DNA of 55,611 bases from a virus. Lineage: Duplodnaviria; Heunggongvirae; Uroviricota; Caudoviricetes. Position numbers and translations under genes: made by a program. Below the pieces are notes generated by a model. It searched no databases. It saw nothing but the letters and a program-made list of their open reading frames with translations, and was not told the DNA's origin. The stretch lies in IMG/VR virus record IMGVR_UViG_2778261256_000006, positions 1 through 55,611 of that record; one strand, given 5' to 3'. Of the stretch, positions 41,943 through 51,217 are shown piece by piece (positions within the stretch are counted from its first letter, which is position 1; each line of letters begins with the position of its first letter).

Positions 41943-42689
41943 ATGTCCAATACCCATGTAAAAAACATCAAACTTGGCGCCTGCAAAGTGTCGTTTGGTG
42001 GTGTTGATCTGGGTTACACCAAAGGCGGTGTTCAGGTTGAGGTTGCGACCGAAACTCTGAAAGTTACCGTAGACCAGCTAGGGCAAACCACCATCTCCGA
42101 GCTGGTACAGGGCCGTAACATCACTATCACTGCGCCGCTGGCCGAGTCTGTGTTGCAGAATATGGTCGATCTGATGCCGGGTTCTACCCTGAGTGAAGAA
42201 GATAACTCTGTGACCATCACTTCCGCACAGGGCGTCAATCTGATCGACGTAGCTAAAGAGCTGGTTCTGACCCCGCAGGATACCACCGACTACGTTCTGA
42301 CCATCCCGAAAGCTGCGACCGCAGGTAACTTCACTATGACCTACCAGTCTGATGATGTTCGCGTGTTCTCGGTTCAGTTCACCGCTTACCCGGATGACGA
42401 CGGTATTCTGGGGAAAATGAGCGGCCCAAAGCCGGTTAAATCCGTCTCTATCTCTCCGGATTCTCCGGAAGTTAAAGCCGGTGAGAGCGTGCAGCTGGCA
42501 GCCCAGATCACACCTGCAGATGCCGGCGACAAAACCGGTGTGTGGGAGTCCGACAATCAGGAGAAGGCTACCGTTGATCAGACTGGTCTGGTTCGCGGAG
42601 TAGCTGAAGGTTCGGCAAATATCTCCTTCACCAGCAATAGCGGCGGCAAGAAAGCGACCAAAGCTGTAACGGTTAATTCTGCCGAATAA
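41943..42689 (+). CDS. Major tail protein with C-terminal Ig-like (Big_2-type) domain
   Basis: 248 aa; C-terminal about 80 aa Ig-like (VKSVSISPDSPEVKAGESVQLAAQITPADA..TVN); followed by a terminator and the G/GT chaperone genes. Confidence 0.7.
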   Translation: MSNTHVKNIKLGACKVSFGGVDLGYTKGGVQVEVATETLKVTVDQLGQTTISELVQGRNITITAPLAESVLQNMVDLMPGSTLSEEDNSVTITSAQGVNLIDVAKELVLTPQDTTDYVLTIPKAATAGNFTMTYQSDDVRVFSVQFTAYPDDDGILGKMSGPKPVKSVSISPDSPEVKAGESVQLAAQITPADAGDKTGVWESDNQEKATVDQTGLVRGVAEGSANISFTSNSGGKKATKAVTVNSAE

Positions 42690-42705
42690 TCGTGACGTGA
42701 CTAAG

Positions 42706-42734
42706 CAGAGGCTCAGGAAGAGCCTCTCTTTTAA
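42706..42734 (+). terminator. terminator/attenuator after the major tail gene
   Basis: GAGAGGCTC-AGGAAG-AGCCTCTC followed by TTTTAAAA. Confidence 0.6.
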
Positions 42735-42748
42735 AAGGATTTTAACCA

Positions 42749-43066
42749 ATGACCAAATTACTCGATCTCGACTCCATTCTACCTCCGAAGAAAAGTATCA
42801 AGTTCGGCGGTCAGGAATACCCCATCGTTGAAATGACAGTTGGTCTGTTCGTCTCCATCAAGCAGATGGAAGGCAAAGATCTTCAGAACATGTCTCCTGT
42901 AGAGCAGGTTACTGCTTACGCCGACCTGGTTCGCAAGGTCATCCCATCCGTGCCGGACGCTGTACTGGAAAAACTGACTGTTCCGCAGCTTCAGCAAATC
43001 TTCACCTTCGCTATGGAAGTGATTGATGAAGAGAACGAAAAAGCGGCTGGTGAAGGGGCAAAGTAA
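42749..43066 (+). CDS. Tail assembly chaperone (gpG-like)
   Basis: 105 aa, acidic C-terminus; directly upstream of an overlapping -1 frame ORF and the tape measure gene. Confidence 0.65.
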   Translation: MTKLLDLDSILPPKKSIKFGGQEYPIVEMTVGLFVSIKQMEGKDLQNMSPVEQVTAYADLVRKVIPSVPDAVLEKLTVPQLQQIFTFAMEVIDEENEKAAGEGAK

Positions 43067-43146
43067 TTTCCCGCGATGAATCCGGGGTAAAGACCGTATC
43101 GATAGATCTCGGATTCTATTTCAGTCGTGTAGTTGCTCACTACGCC

Positions 43147-43416
43147 GTGTCGCCATTAGAGCTGCTGGGCGTCCCTCTAACGATGTTCTGGATGCTCAGT
43201 CGCAACATCGACCGTCTACGTGCGGAAGAGGATGTCCGCAACCTGCAAGTCGCTCGCGCTGCCCAGGCAGATGGCGAGGGCGTGAAGGCGTTCATGGAGG
43301 GTTTGCAACTCAGGATTGGAAGACCAGTCGTAACCGATAAAGTCTACGATCCGCGCAAGGATAAGGCAGACCCTGACGCCAAAGAGCAACTGATGCAAAT
43401 TTTTGGCAGAGGATGA
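43147..43416 (+). CDS. Tail assembly chaperone extension (gpT-like), probably expressed as a G-T fusion by -1 frameshift
   Basis: -1 frame is open from 43054 and overlaps the last codons of the gpG-like gene; lacks its own RBS. Confidence 0.5.
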   Translation: MSPLELLGVPLTMFWMLSRNIDRLRAEEDVRNLQVARAAQADGEGVKAFMEGLQLRIGRPVVTDKVYDPRKDKADPDAKEQLMQIFGRG

Positions 43417-46400
43417 CAAGGGAATGTCACAAAACGTAGAGTTTGTCCTGTCGCTGGAAGACAAGCAGTTTACAGCGTCAATCGACCGGGCGGGTAAGCT
43501 ACTTACCAGATTCGGGGAGCAGGCCACAAAACCAGCTCAGAAAATTAACAATCTGGAACGCTCGTTGGGTTCGGTCTCCCGCATCATCGGCGTTCTGGAG
43601 TCCAAGCTCGATGCCACGGCAGACAAACTACAGGATGTAGCTGCCGGCTTCGAACTTGTGTCTGATGTTTCGCGCAAGACGCGAGGCAACATTACCAGCC
43701 TCAATTCAGGTCTCAAAACCCTGATTGAGCGCGTCGACACAACCACCTCTTCCGTTAATAAGCTCACCACATCGTTGCGCAAGGTTCAGTCTGAACTCAA
43801 TGAGTTTTCCGATTGGGCAACGTTCGCTGGTAAGAGCGCCAGCCGCTTCGGTACGGAGGTAAAAGAAGCCTCTACATCTGTGAGTGGTATGAATACGCGC
43901 CTTAACACCACGACGAAGCGTCTCAGTAATTGGGGCGTCACAACGAACCAGGCTGCCGAGGGGCTGAAGAAAGTCCGCGATCAGATGGATGCGGTGATTG
44001 GCCGCCAGCAGCTGATCAGCAAGCCGGTGCGTGTGCGCACCAGCGGCTACGGTGAGGGCGGTGGTAATGGCGGTGGCGGTCGACACAGCGGTTCCTATGG
44101 CCACGGCGGGCGCGGTGCTGAAAATGGCGTGTTCTCTGGTCTGCGCGGCAATATTTTCCTGCTGGGCGAGATTGGTGATGCGGCAAGAACGGTAACTGAC
44201 ATCCTGTTCGGCTGGCAGAAGCCAATCGTCGAAGCTGCCTCCAAAATGGAGCGTATGCGCGTCATGTTGCGCGGGCTGAACAAGGACAAGGCCAACCCTG
44301 GCAAAGCAGCCGCAGAGGATATGCAGTACATCGTGGATATGGCGCAAAACGCCCCGTTTGCGATGCAGGCGCTGACCGATTCCTTCGTTAAATTCCGCTC
44401 GGCAGGTCTCGATCCTACTGACGGTTCGCTGAAAGCATTGGTGGACTCTGTTGCACGCTTCGGCGGCGATAGTGAACTGCTAAAACGCGCAGCAGTGGCC
44501 GTCCAGCAGATGTCCGGTAAGGGCGTCGTTTCGATGGAAGAACTGCGTCAGCAATTAGGTGAAGCCGTTCCTAACGCGATGAAAGCGATGGCAGACGCTG
44601 CCGGCATTACTATGGGGGAACTGACCAAAGCAGTCTCCAGCGGTACTGTGGAAGCGAAACAGGCGTTATCGCTGATGTTCGTTGGTCTGCGTGCAGAGAA
44701 CGAAAACGCCGCCAAAGACATGATGCAAACCTACACCGGTGCGCTGGCGCAACTACAAACCTCCTTTACGTTGTTCGCCGATCGTGTCGGTCAGACGGGC
44801 TATCTGGATTCTCTCTCTAAGGGAATGAAAGAACTAGCCTCCATCATGAATAGCGCAGAAGGGATTTCGTTTGCTAATTCTTTAGGTTCGGGGTTAACGA
44901 CGGCAATCGATGGGTTGCGTCAGCTTGCTCAATGGTTAGCAAAGAACCAAGAGCTGGTAATTAATCTTGGTAAGGTCGTGGCCGCGATGGTTGCGTTCAA
45001 ACTGATGCGAGCAGGGATCATGGGGGTAGTTGGCGCTGGGAGCCAGATGGTTAGCACCTTTGCCACGATGGCGACCGCCATACAGACTCCATTTAACCTC
45101 GGCGCTACAGCAGTAACTCGATTCAATCGTGCGGCACGTATGGGGCTGGCTCCGATCCCCTCTCTTATTTTCGCCATCCGTGGGGCGATTACGGGGCTTA
45201 AAGGCGCTTTTGCTGGATTAACGGCGTTCATTGCAGCAAATCCAATTGGCGCTGCGTTTACCGTGGCAACCGTGGCCGGGTTGATCACGTATATGACCAT
45301 GCTTCGCAGCGAAACGTCAAAAGTCGTTGACGAGATTAGGAAAATACCAGAGGCGATGACGGCGGCCAAACGTGCACAAATGGCGGAGTATAAAGCGCGT
45401 CTTGAGCAACAAATCACGCAAAAGGAACAAGAGTTAAAATCTGGCGAAAAGGTGGTTTATGGGCCGGGTATGGCCGGAACTACAGTAAAGATTAATCAGG
45501 ATGAACGTAAACGTATAGAAAATGAGCTAAATGACCTTCGTGAGAAACGCGATAAAACTACTGGGGCAATTGAACGCGGAGACACTGCTGTAGCCAAACG
45601 TCTTGCAAAAGATGCGGCAGAATCACAGATAGAGAAAATACGGGAAGAGAATAGAGACTTTGCGGCAACATTCGCTAAAGCTCGTCAAGAGGCTCTGGAG
45701 AAGATCCAAAAAATCAATGATGACGATTCACTTTCTGATGACGAAAAGAACAAACTATTGGCACCGTTACGTGAAACGGTAAACAAAAGCTATCTGGAGC
45801 CTGCGCAAAAACTGGTTGATTCACTTTCTTCTCGTAAGAATGCGACCGAGAAGCAAATCGCGACTCTTAATGATCAGCTTGAAAAAGCCAAAAAAGATGG
45901 CAATACCGAGCAGATCCAGAAACTGCAAGGCAGTATTCGTGGTTATCAGGAGCATTTGGAAGCCGTTGCTCAGGAGCTGACTCAGGCAGAGTTCGAGAGA
46001 GATAATGCGGCCAAAACTGGTAAGGGCGTAATGTCAAACCAGGGGACTGTTCTTGGGTTAGGTACAACTGATAAAGCTGCTCAGAAGGCGCTGGCGCAAT
46101 ATATGCGAAACCAGATGGATTCTGCGACTTATCAGCGTACTTTGCCTGACGGCACTCCGATGATGGACTTCGAAGGTAAGCCGATTATTGGGCCTAAACA
46201 ACTCAAGACGCAGCTTAATTTGCAGAAAGCATCCAGTGCCAGCTCTCTGGAGAAAATGAGCGATGCGGAACGCGCCGCAGCCATTGCAGCGCTGACCAAA
46301 GCGCGCGAACAGGATGCCGCAGCAGCGGAAAAAGCCGGGCGACGTACAGCCAATGCTTCTCAGCGTGCGGCCAAGAAAGAACAGGCAGCGCAACAGAAAC

Positions 46401-46912
46401 TGGCGGCCGGATATCCAACAGCGTATGGAAATATCATTCACCTGAAAGGGATGACAGCCGTTGGCGAAGGTGAGTTACTCATCGGCTGGAGTGGTACAAG
46501 CGGTGCTCATGCTCCGGCATTTATTCGTTCACGACGGGATACGACCGACGCAAACTGGTCGCCGTGGGCGCAGCTTTACACCTCGGCTCATCCTCCTGCA
46601 GAGTTTTATCCAGTCGGTGCACCAATCCCGTGGCCATCAGATACCGTTCCGTCTGGCTATGCCCTGATGCAGGGGCAGACTTTTGACAAATCTGCATACC
46701 CGAAACTTGCAGTTGCTTATCCGTCAGGCGTGATCCCTGATATGCGTGGCTGGACGATTAAGGGCAAGCCCGCCAGTGGTCGGGCCGTATTATCTCAGGA
46801 ACAGGACGGCATTAAATCGCACACCCACAGCGCCAGCGCATCCAGTACGGATTTGGGGACGAAAACCACATCGTCGTTTGATTACGGCACTAAATCTGGA
46901 CAAACTTCTTAA
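43403..46912 (+). CDS. Tail tape measure protein, C-terminally fused in frame to a tail-fibre collar-like fragment
   Basis: 1169 aa; coiled-coil-rich, Gly-rich stretch ([18 protein letters not shown]); final about 150 aa carry a tail-collar-like motif ([49 protein letters not shown]). Confidence 0.75.
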   Translation: MAEDDKGMSQNVEFVLSLEDKQFTASIDRAGKLLTRFGEQATKPAQKINNLERSLGSVSRIIGVLESKLDATADKLQDVAAGFELVSDVSRKTRGNITSLNSGLKTLIERVDTTTSSVNKLTTSLRKVQSELNEFSDWATFAGKSASRFGTEVKEASTSVSGMNTRLNTTTKRLSNWGVTTNQAAEGLKKVRDQMDAVIGRQQLISKPVRVRTSGYGEGGGNGGGGRHSGSYGHGGRGAENGVFSGLRGNIFLLGEIGDAARTVTDILFGWQKPIVEAASKMERMRVMLRGLNKDKANPGKAAAEDMQYIVDMAQNAPFAMQALTDSFVKFRSAGLDPTDGSLKALVDSVARFGGDSELLKRAAVAVQQMSGKGVVSMEELRQQLGEAVPNAMKAMADAAGITMGELTKAVSSGTVEAKQALSLMFVGLRAENENAAKDMMQTYTGALAQLQTSFTLFADRVGQTGYLDSLSKGMKELASIMNSAEGISFANSLGSGLTTAIDGLRQLAQWLAKNQELVINLGKVVAAMVAFKLMRAGIMGVVGAGSQMVSTFATMATAIQTPFNLGATAVTRFNRAARMGLAPIPSLIFAIRGAITGLKGAFAGLTAFIAANPIGAAFTVATVAGLITYMTMLRSETSKVVDEIRKIPEAMTAAKRAQMAEYKARLEQQITQKEQELKSGEKVVYGPGMAGTTVKINQDERKRIENELNDLREKRDKTTGAIERGDTAVAKRLAKDAAESQIEKIREENRDFAATFAKARQEALEKIQKINDDDSLSDDEKNKLLAPLRETVNKSYLEPAQKLVDSLSSRKNATEKQIATLNDQLEKAKKDGNTEQIQKLQGSIRGYQEHLEAVAQELTQAEFERDNAAKTGKGVMSNQGTVLGLGTTDKAAQKALAQYMRNQMDSATYQRTLPDGTPMMDFEGKPIIGPKQLKTQLNLQKASSASSLEKMSDAERAAAIAALTKAREQDAAAAEKAGRRTANASQRAAKKEQAAQQKLAAGYPTAYGNIIHLKGMTAVGEGELLIGWSGTSGAHAPAFIRSRRDTTDANWSPWAQLYTSAHPPAEFYPVGAPIPWPSDTVPSGYALMQGQTFDKSAYPKLAVAYPSGVIPDMRGWTIKGKPASGRAVLSQEQDGIKSHTHSASASSTDLGTKTTSSFDYGTKSGQTS

Positions 46913-47046
46913 CCGGCTCGACACCATCTCCAGTGGGTTCTTTGGCGGCATTGTTTCGAAAATAACGTCGTTCATTATTACCGTACTGCTTTTAGGATTG
47001 GCCGCGTATGGCGTAAAAAATGGATTGCAATAACAGGAGATCAAGG

Positions 47047-47739
47047 ATGAAAACTCCGAGAGGCATTCGTAATAACAACCCCGGTAATCTTGATAAAGGA
47101 GCGCCGTGGCAGGGCTTAGTCAACAACTCTTCAGAACCGCGCTTCTGCACGTTTAAAGACCCCGTGTGGGGGATTCGGGCATTGGCAGTGACACTCATTA
47201 CTTACCACGACAAGCGCCGCGCAAAAGATGGCTCCAGCATTGATACGATCCGCGAAGTCATCGAACGCTGGGCGCCTCCACATGAGAACAACACTTTGGC
47301 TTATGTGAACGAGGTATCCAAAGCCGTTGGAGTAGCACCAGATATGATTATCGATCTGCATGACTACGAGACCTTAAGGCCGCTGGTAGAGGCGATCATT
47401 AGACATGAAAATGGCCGAGGTCCGCTGAAAACTCCCAATAGCTGGTATACACCAGAACTTATCGAAGAAGGTCTGCGGCGTGCCGGCATTGTCAAACCGG
47501 TAAAGGCTGTAAAAGCCGTTCCTGTAACAAAAGAAACCGCAGGTGCTACAGTCACTGCAGGTATTGGCCTTGCACAAATTGCTGACGTTATGCCTCAAGT
47601 TTCTGCCGCAATGGATAAAGCGCAAGGCAATATCTCCAGTGGAGATACGGTACGCATCATCTTTGGCGTAGCTACCATTCTTGTGGCAGCATTCATTGCC
47701 TGGTCACAGGTGCGCAAACACCAGAACGGGATGGTCTGA
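47047..47739 (+). CDS. endolysin-like / cell-wall-hydrolase-like protein with C-terminal TM segment (tentative)
   Basis: AGGAGA RBS; directly upstream of Rz/Rz1; C-terminal hydrophobic helix (IIFGVATILVAAFIAW); enzymatic family not recognised. Confidence 0.4.
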   Translation: MKTPRGIRNNNPGNLDKGAPWQGLVNNSSEPRFCTFKDPVWGIRALAVTLITYHDKRRAKDGSSIDTIREVIERWAPPHENNTLAYVNEVSKAVGVAPDMIIDLHDYETLRPLVEAIIRHENGRGPLKTPNSWYTPELIEEGLRRAGIVKPVKAVKAVPVTKETAGATVTAGIGLAQIADVMPQVSAAMDKAQGNISSGDTVRIIFGVATILVAAFIAWSQVRKHQNGMV

Positions 47740-47740
47740 T

Positions 47741-47992
47741 ATGACCGGCAGCCTATTTTCAAAACTGAAGTTTGCTTTGATGACTCTGGCTGCCGTTCTT
47801 TTCGTGCTTGTCGGCGCTTATACGATGGGAGGTCGTGCGGCCCGGCAAGCAATAGAAGAGAAGGCAAGGCAGGAGGACAGGAAAAGGCTTCAAGGCACAG
47901 TGGACGTCAAAAATGAGATACTTAATGAAGTGCGGCGGAAAGATGCTTCTGCTGTTCATCGCGAGCTGCATGACAAGTGGCTGCGTGATTAA
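47741..47992 (+). CDS. i-spanin (Rz-like)
   Basis: N-terminal TM (LKFALMTLAAVLFVLVGAY) then charged coiled-coil; contains the start of an overlapping +1 frame lipoprotein gene. Confidence 0.7.
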   Translation: MTGSLFSKLKFALMTLAAVLFVLVGAYTMGGRAARQAIEEKARQEDRKRLQGTVDVKNEILNEVRRKDASAVHRELHDKWLRD

Positions 47993-48155
47993 GACACAGA
48001 CTTCTGGCGTGCTGTTTTGTGATGCAGCAAACCCTATTTATGTCAGTAACGACGACTTTATGACCGAAGAGACGGAACGCGAGATCCTCTTCCATAACAC
48101 GATGGGAGAGCGATTGTGCAATTGGCAACCGTCATTGTCGCCAAATAACATTTGA
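47913..48155 (+). CDS. o-spanin (Rz1-like lipoprotein), overlapping Rz in a different frame
   Basis: Lipobox (LLLFIASC / MTSGC); starts inside the Rz ORF and extends past it. Confidence 0.65.
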   Translation: MRYLMKCGGKMLLLFIASCMTSGCVIKTQTSGVLFCDAANPIYVSNDDFMTEETEREILFHNTMGERLCNWQPSLSPNNI

Positions 48156-48208
48156 ATGTGATTTAGGCGAAAGGCACTCTTTTTTACAGATCGAGTGCCT
48201 TCTTCAAT

Positions 48209-48760
48209 TTACAGATCTGAATCGTCGTACCAGTTACGGTCTACATCTGACTTTACAGAGAGGAAAGTGAGGCTATCGTCCACAAGGCTCCACTCATAAC
48301 TGCGGAAGAGCAGCTCCATTTCGGCTTCAACAGAAAAAGACGTGCCAGAGTAAGCTCTATCTGGATCTTGGTCTCCCTGATACTCGAAAGTAACAGTCAC
48401 AGACAAAATACCTTTATCTTGATTGTAACTAACTTTCGTAGCCTCAGGGTCTTCCATGGTAAATCCATTAGCGTTCGTTTCTGCAATATCGCCAGAAAGC
48501 TGTTCCTCAACTTCGCGCTCAAGGGCGCTAAAAACGCCCTCATGGAAGATTACTTCTTTGAGGGAGGTTTCGCCTAATGCTGCAAAGACGAGACGTGAAT
48601 CCATAGGGTCGCGTTTGGCAACTTCCGAAAGCTCATGATAGCTGGGGAACTGTGCTTCTTTAGCGACAATTTCCAACGCTTCGGTTCGCTTGATCCCTTT
48701 AACGCTGGACAATTCTTTTGCTTTGGATTTAAGAATGCTAAGGCAAGAGTAGTCAGACAT
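48209..48760 (-). CDS. hypothetical protein
   Basis: 183-aa acidic ORF convergent with the lysis genes. Confidence 0.5.
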   Translation of the reverse strand: MSDYSCLSILKSKAKELSSVKGIKRTEALEIVAKEAQFPSYHELSEVAKRDPMDSRLVFAALGETSLKEVIFHEGVFSALEREVEEQLSGDIAETNANGFTMEDPEATKVSYNQDKGILSVTVTFEYQGDQDPDRAYSGTSFSVEAEMELLFRSYEWSLVDDSLTFLSVKSDVDRNWYDDSDL

Positions 48761-49038
48761 GGCGTCATCTCCAAAAGTAAGTTTATGAATGCTACCGATA
48801 GCCTGCTAACCGGACGCGTCAAAACTACTTTGGCGAGCCAAGTTTAAATAAAACGTTGTTTAACGATGGGCTATTGCTTTGCGAGACAGGCGCCAGGTGA
48901 CCATCACCACCTGTCTTCATACTAACCAGGGAGCTTTTTCGAGTCAAATTTACATTCGGCTAATTTGTTAACTACCTATAAGTGCCTGACATTTCACCTT
49001 TACACCGCAGCTGTAGGCATTTAGGCTATATCGCATAT

Positions 49039-49057
49039 AAGAAAACAAGTTGTTTCA
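49039..49057. promoter_or_regulatory. operator-like palindrome upstream of parA
   Basis: AAGAAAACAAGTTGTTTCA. Confidence 0.5.
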
Positions 49058-49090
49058 TACGACAATAATTCACGCAAAGGAAACTCACCA

Positions 49091-49756
49091 ATGACCAAGA
49101 TCATTGTGGTTGGCGGCACAAAAGGCGGCCCAGGCAAATCTACCGTTGCCCAGCAAATTGCGGTATGTCTCAAAGTTAAAAAGAAAAAGAAGGTTCACGT
49201 CACCGATATCGATATCCAGCGCACCACGACCAGCTGGTGTGAAGACCGTCGCCAGAACGAAGATCTTGAACTGATCCCGTTCGCTTATGTGCAGGACGAC
49301 ATCGTCAAACATCTTAAATCGCTTCAGGGGCGAACTGATTATGTAGTGGTAGATGCTGGTGGCTTTGACTCCGAAATTCAGCGTCTGGCGATGCTTATGG
49401 CTGATGTAATCATCATCCCGCTGCGCCCTAAACGTCGTGATTTGAAATCTCTGCGTGATATCGACCCGATTATCGACAACGTTCGCAATGTGAACGAGAA
49501 AGTTAAGATCCGCGCGGTAATAAACCAGTGTCCGTCATTGCCTTCCCAGGTATCACGTATTCTGGCCGCGAAGGAAATTGTCGAAACTTTCGGCATCGAG
49601 GCTGCGCCGGTCAATCTGTACAACCGTAACGTTTATGACGATGCAGAAGAGGCTGGACGTTCTATCTTTGAAATGTCAGGCGCTGAACGCGATAAGAAAG
49701 CAGAAGCCGAATTTGGAGAGTTAGTAGATTACATCTTGAGTCTGGAGGAAGAATAA
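49091..49756 (+). CDS. parA: ParA-family partition ATPase
   Basis: Deviant Walker A (GGTKGGPGKST); 221 aa; followed by an overlapping small DNA-binding protein gene. Confidence 0.85.
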   Translation: MTKIIVVGGTKGGPGKSTVAQQIAVCLKVKKKKKVHVTDIDIQRTTTSWCEDRRQNEDLELIPFAYVQDDIVKHLKSLQGRTDYVVVDAGGFDSEIQRLAMLMADVIIIPLRPKRRDLKSLRDIDPIIDNVRNVNEKVKIRAVINQCPSLPSQVSRILAAKEIVETFGIEAAPVNLYNRNVYDDAEEAGRSIFEMSGAERDKKAEAEFGELVDYILSLEEE

Positions 49757-50115
49757 TGTCCATGAGAATGGGAGACCTTGCAAAGCGCAATGAGCCTAAA
49801 GAACCGGCCAAAAGCAGCACTCCACTGCGCCAGCCAGTCAGACCGCAGGGGCGTCCGACTCGTGGCAAAGAGAAGATTAAAAGCCGCACAATGTCGCTGG
49901 AAGACGAGTACTTCGAACTGTTGGAGATGATGAAGTTTATCCCTCGTTTTGAGAAGTTCACCCGTTCTGATGTGATTCGTGCAGCCATTTTCCATCTGGC
50001 AGAGAAGTCACCGCAGGAAATCGAAGACATCGTGAAACTGAACGAGGCGATCACTGCTGCCGACGTCACGATGCGTACCGACGAAATCAAACGAGAGTTG
50101 ATGAAGAAAGGTTAA
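49756..50115 (+). CDS. small partition protein (ParG/ParB-like centromere-binding protein)
   Basis: 119 aa, basic N-terminal tail; start overlaps the parA stop (TAATG). Confidence 0.6.
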   Translation: MSMRMGDLAKRNEPKEPAKSSTPLRQPVRPQGRPTRGKEKIKSRTMSLEDEYFELLEMMKFIPRFEKFTRSDVIRAAIFHLAEKSPQEIEDIVKLNEAITAADVTMRTDEIKRELMKKG

Positions 50116-50118
50116 AAA

Positions 50119-50150
50119 TTATGCATTGGCGCAATGTACGCGCCAATGCA
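50119..50150. other. perfect 12-bp-arm palindrome immediately after the partition operon
   Basis: ATGCATTGGCGC-AATGTA-CGCGCCAATGCAT; no following T-tract. Confidence 0.5.
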
Positions 50151-50167
50151 TAAGTACAGTGTCAGCT

Positions 50168-50935
50168 TTATGCCGCGCTAACACTATGTTCATTCCTAAC
50201 CACCCCAACCTTCACAAAAGGGCTGCCGTAGCTTGGTGGCTTCTTGATTAATTTGCCTACATACAGTTTTCTAATATGCTCATCGGCTATTCTGCCAACA
50301 AATTCATAACGTTTTGTGTCGGGGCCAAGAGCTATATCCCTTGTAAAGTACTGCTGAGAACCGGCTTTGACCCAGCATTCAATCTGATAAACTTCCATTA
50401 TCAGGCCCCCATATGTAGCGTAGGCATATTTGAGATTCTCGTCTCTTGGAACCTTTGCCCATACGCCACGCGTAGCTTCATATAATGCCAGAGCGGACAT
50501 TCCTGACTTGTAGGTGCTGTTTAGCAGGAAGGCAAGACCGGCGTGCTCAGGAGCAATTTCAGTTTCCTCTTGCAGCACTAAGTGATGGTAGGCGTCCAGT
50601 GATATTCTGCCCATCATGGAACCACTTCCTCGTACCTTATTCGTAAGCTCTCCGACCCCCATAAGGTCGATGCATGTCGCCTCAACAAGTTTGGCTGTGG
50701 TTTCATCCATACCATGACGAAGAATATCTATGCCTAATTTTTTATTAGCCAAAAGTTCTTTGATCCGCATGGATTTGGGAGAGTCATCGGGATACTTGAT
50801 GTGATCGAGACAACGAGTCGATTTGCCTTTTCCTATGTAAAACGGTCTTTTCATCTTGTCTTCTGTATCATAGAGACAGTAAACATAGTATTTAGCCTTA
50901 TCCAATGATCTCGCGTATACCGATAAATCGTCCAT
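50168..50935 (-). CDS. GIY-YIG nuclease-domain protein (homing-endonuclease-like)
   Basis: N-terminal GIY-YIG-like motif (YYVYCLYD..PFYIGKGKSTRCLDH); flanked by AT-rich sequence. Confidence 0.6.
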   Translation of the reverse strand: MDDLSVYARSLDKAKYYVYCLYDTEDKMKRPFYIGKGKSTRCLDHIKYPDDSPKSMRIKELLANKKLGIDILRHGMDETTAKLVEATCIDLMGVGELTNKVRGSGSMMGRISLDAYHHLVLQEETEIAPEHAGLAFLLNSTYKSGMSALALYEATRGVWAKVPRDENLKYAYATYGGLIMEVYQIECWVKAGSQQYFTRDIALGPDTKRYEFVGRIADEHIRKLYVGKLIKKPPSYGSPFVKVGVVRNEHSVSAA

Positions 50936-51045
50936 TATTGCATCTCTTAGCTACTGACTAATGCGTTCTATTTTACACATAAGTTTTTAATCAATTTTAC
51001 AGGCTCAAAGTGTAGAGCTTCTGGGTGTCTAAGACGACAAGTTAT

Positions 51046-51100
51046 GCCTGTTTCTGTATATAAATAATAAGTAACTTATTAAATATATACGGAAGCAGGT
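51046..51100. repeat. palindromic element copy B, followed by T-tract
   Basis: GCCTGTTTCTGTATATA..TATATACGGAAGCAGGTC followed by TTTTAAAAG; near-identical right arm to 38929-38989. Confidence 0.6.
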
Positions 51101-51217
51101 CTTTTAAAAGACACCCACCAGAACAACTCCCTTCCGTTTCCACTTCCCAAAAATATCTCCAGTCGCTATGATTCGTTCACTTAGATAAGTAAGTACATAC
51201 CTATTAAAGGGAATCAT

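Noticed and set aside
43706-45417. Minus-strand ORFs of 213 and 162 aa (43706-44347, 44929-45417)
   Set aside because: Antisense to the tape measure gene; low-complexity translations.
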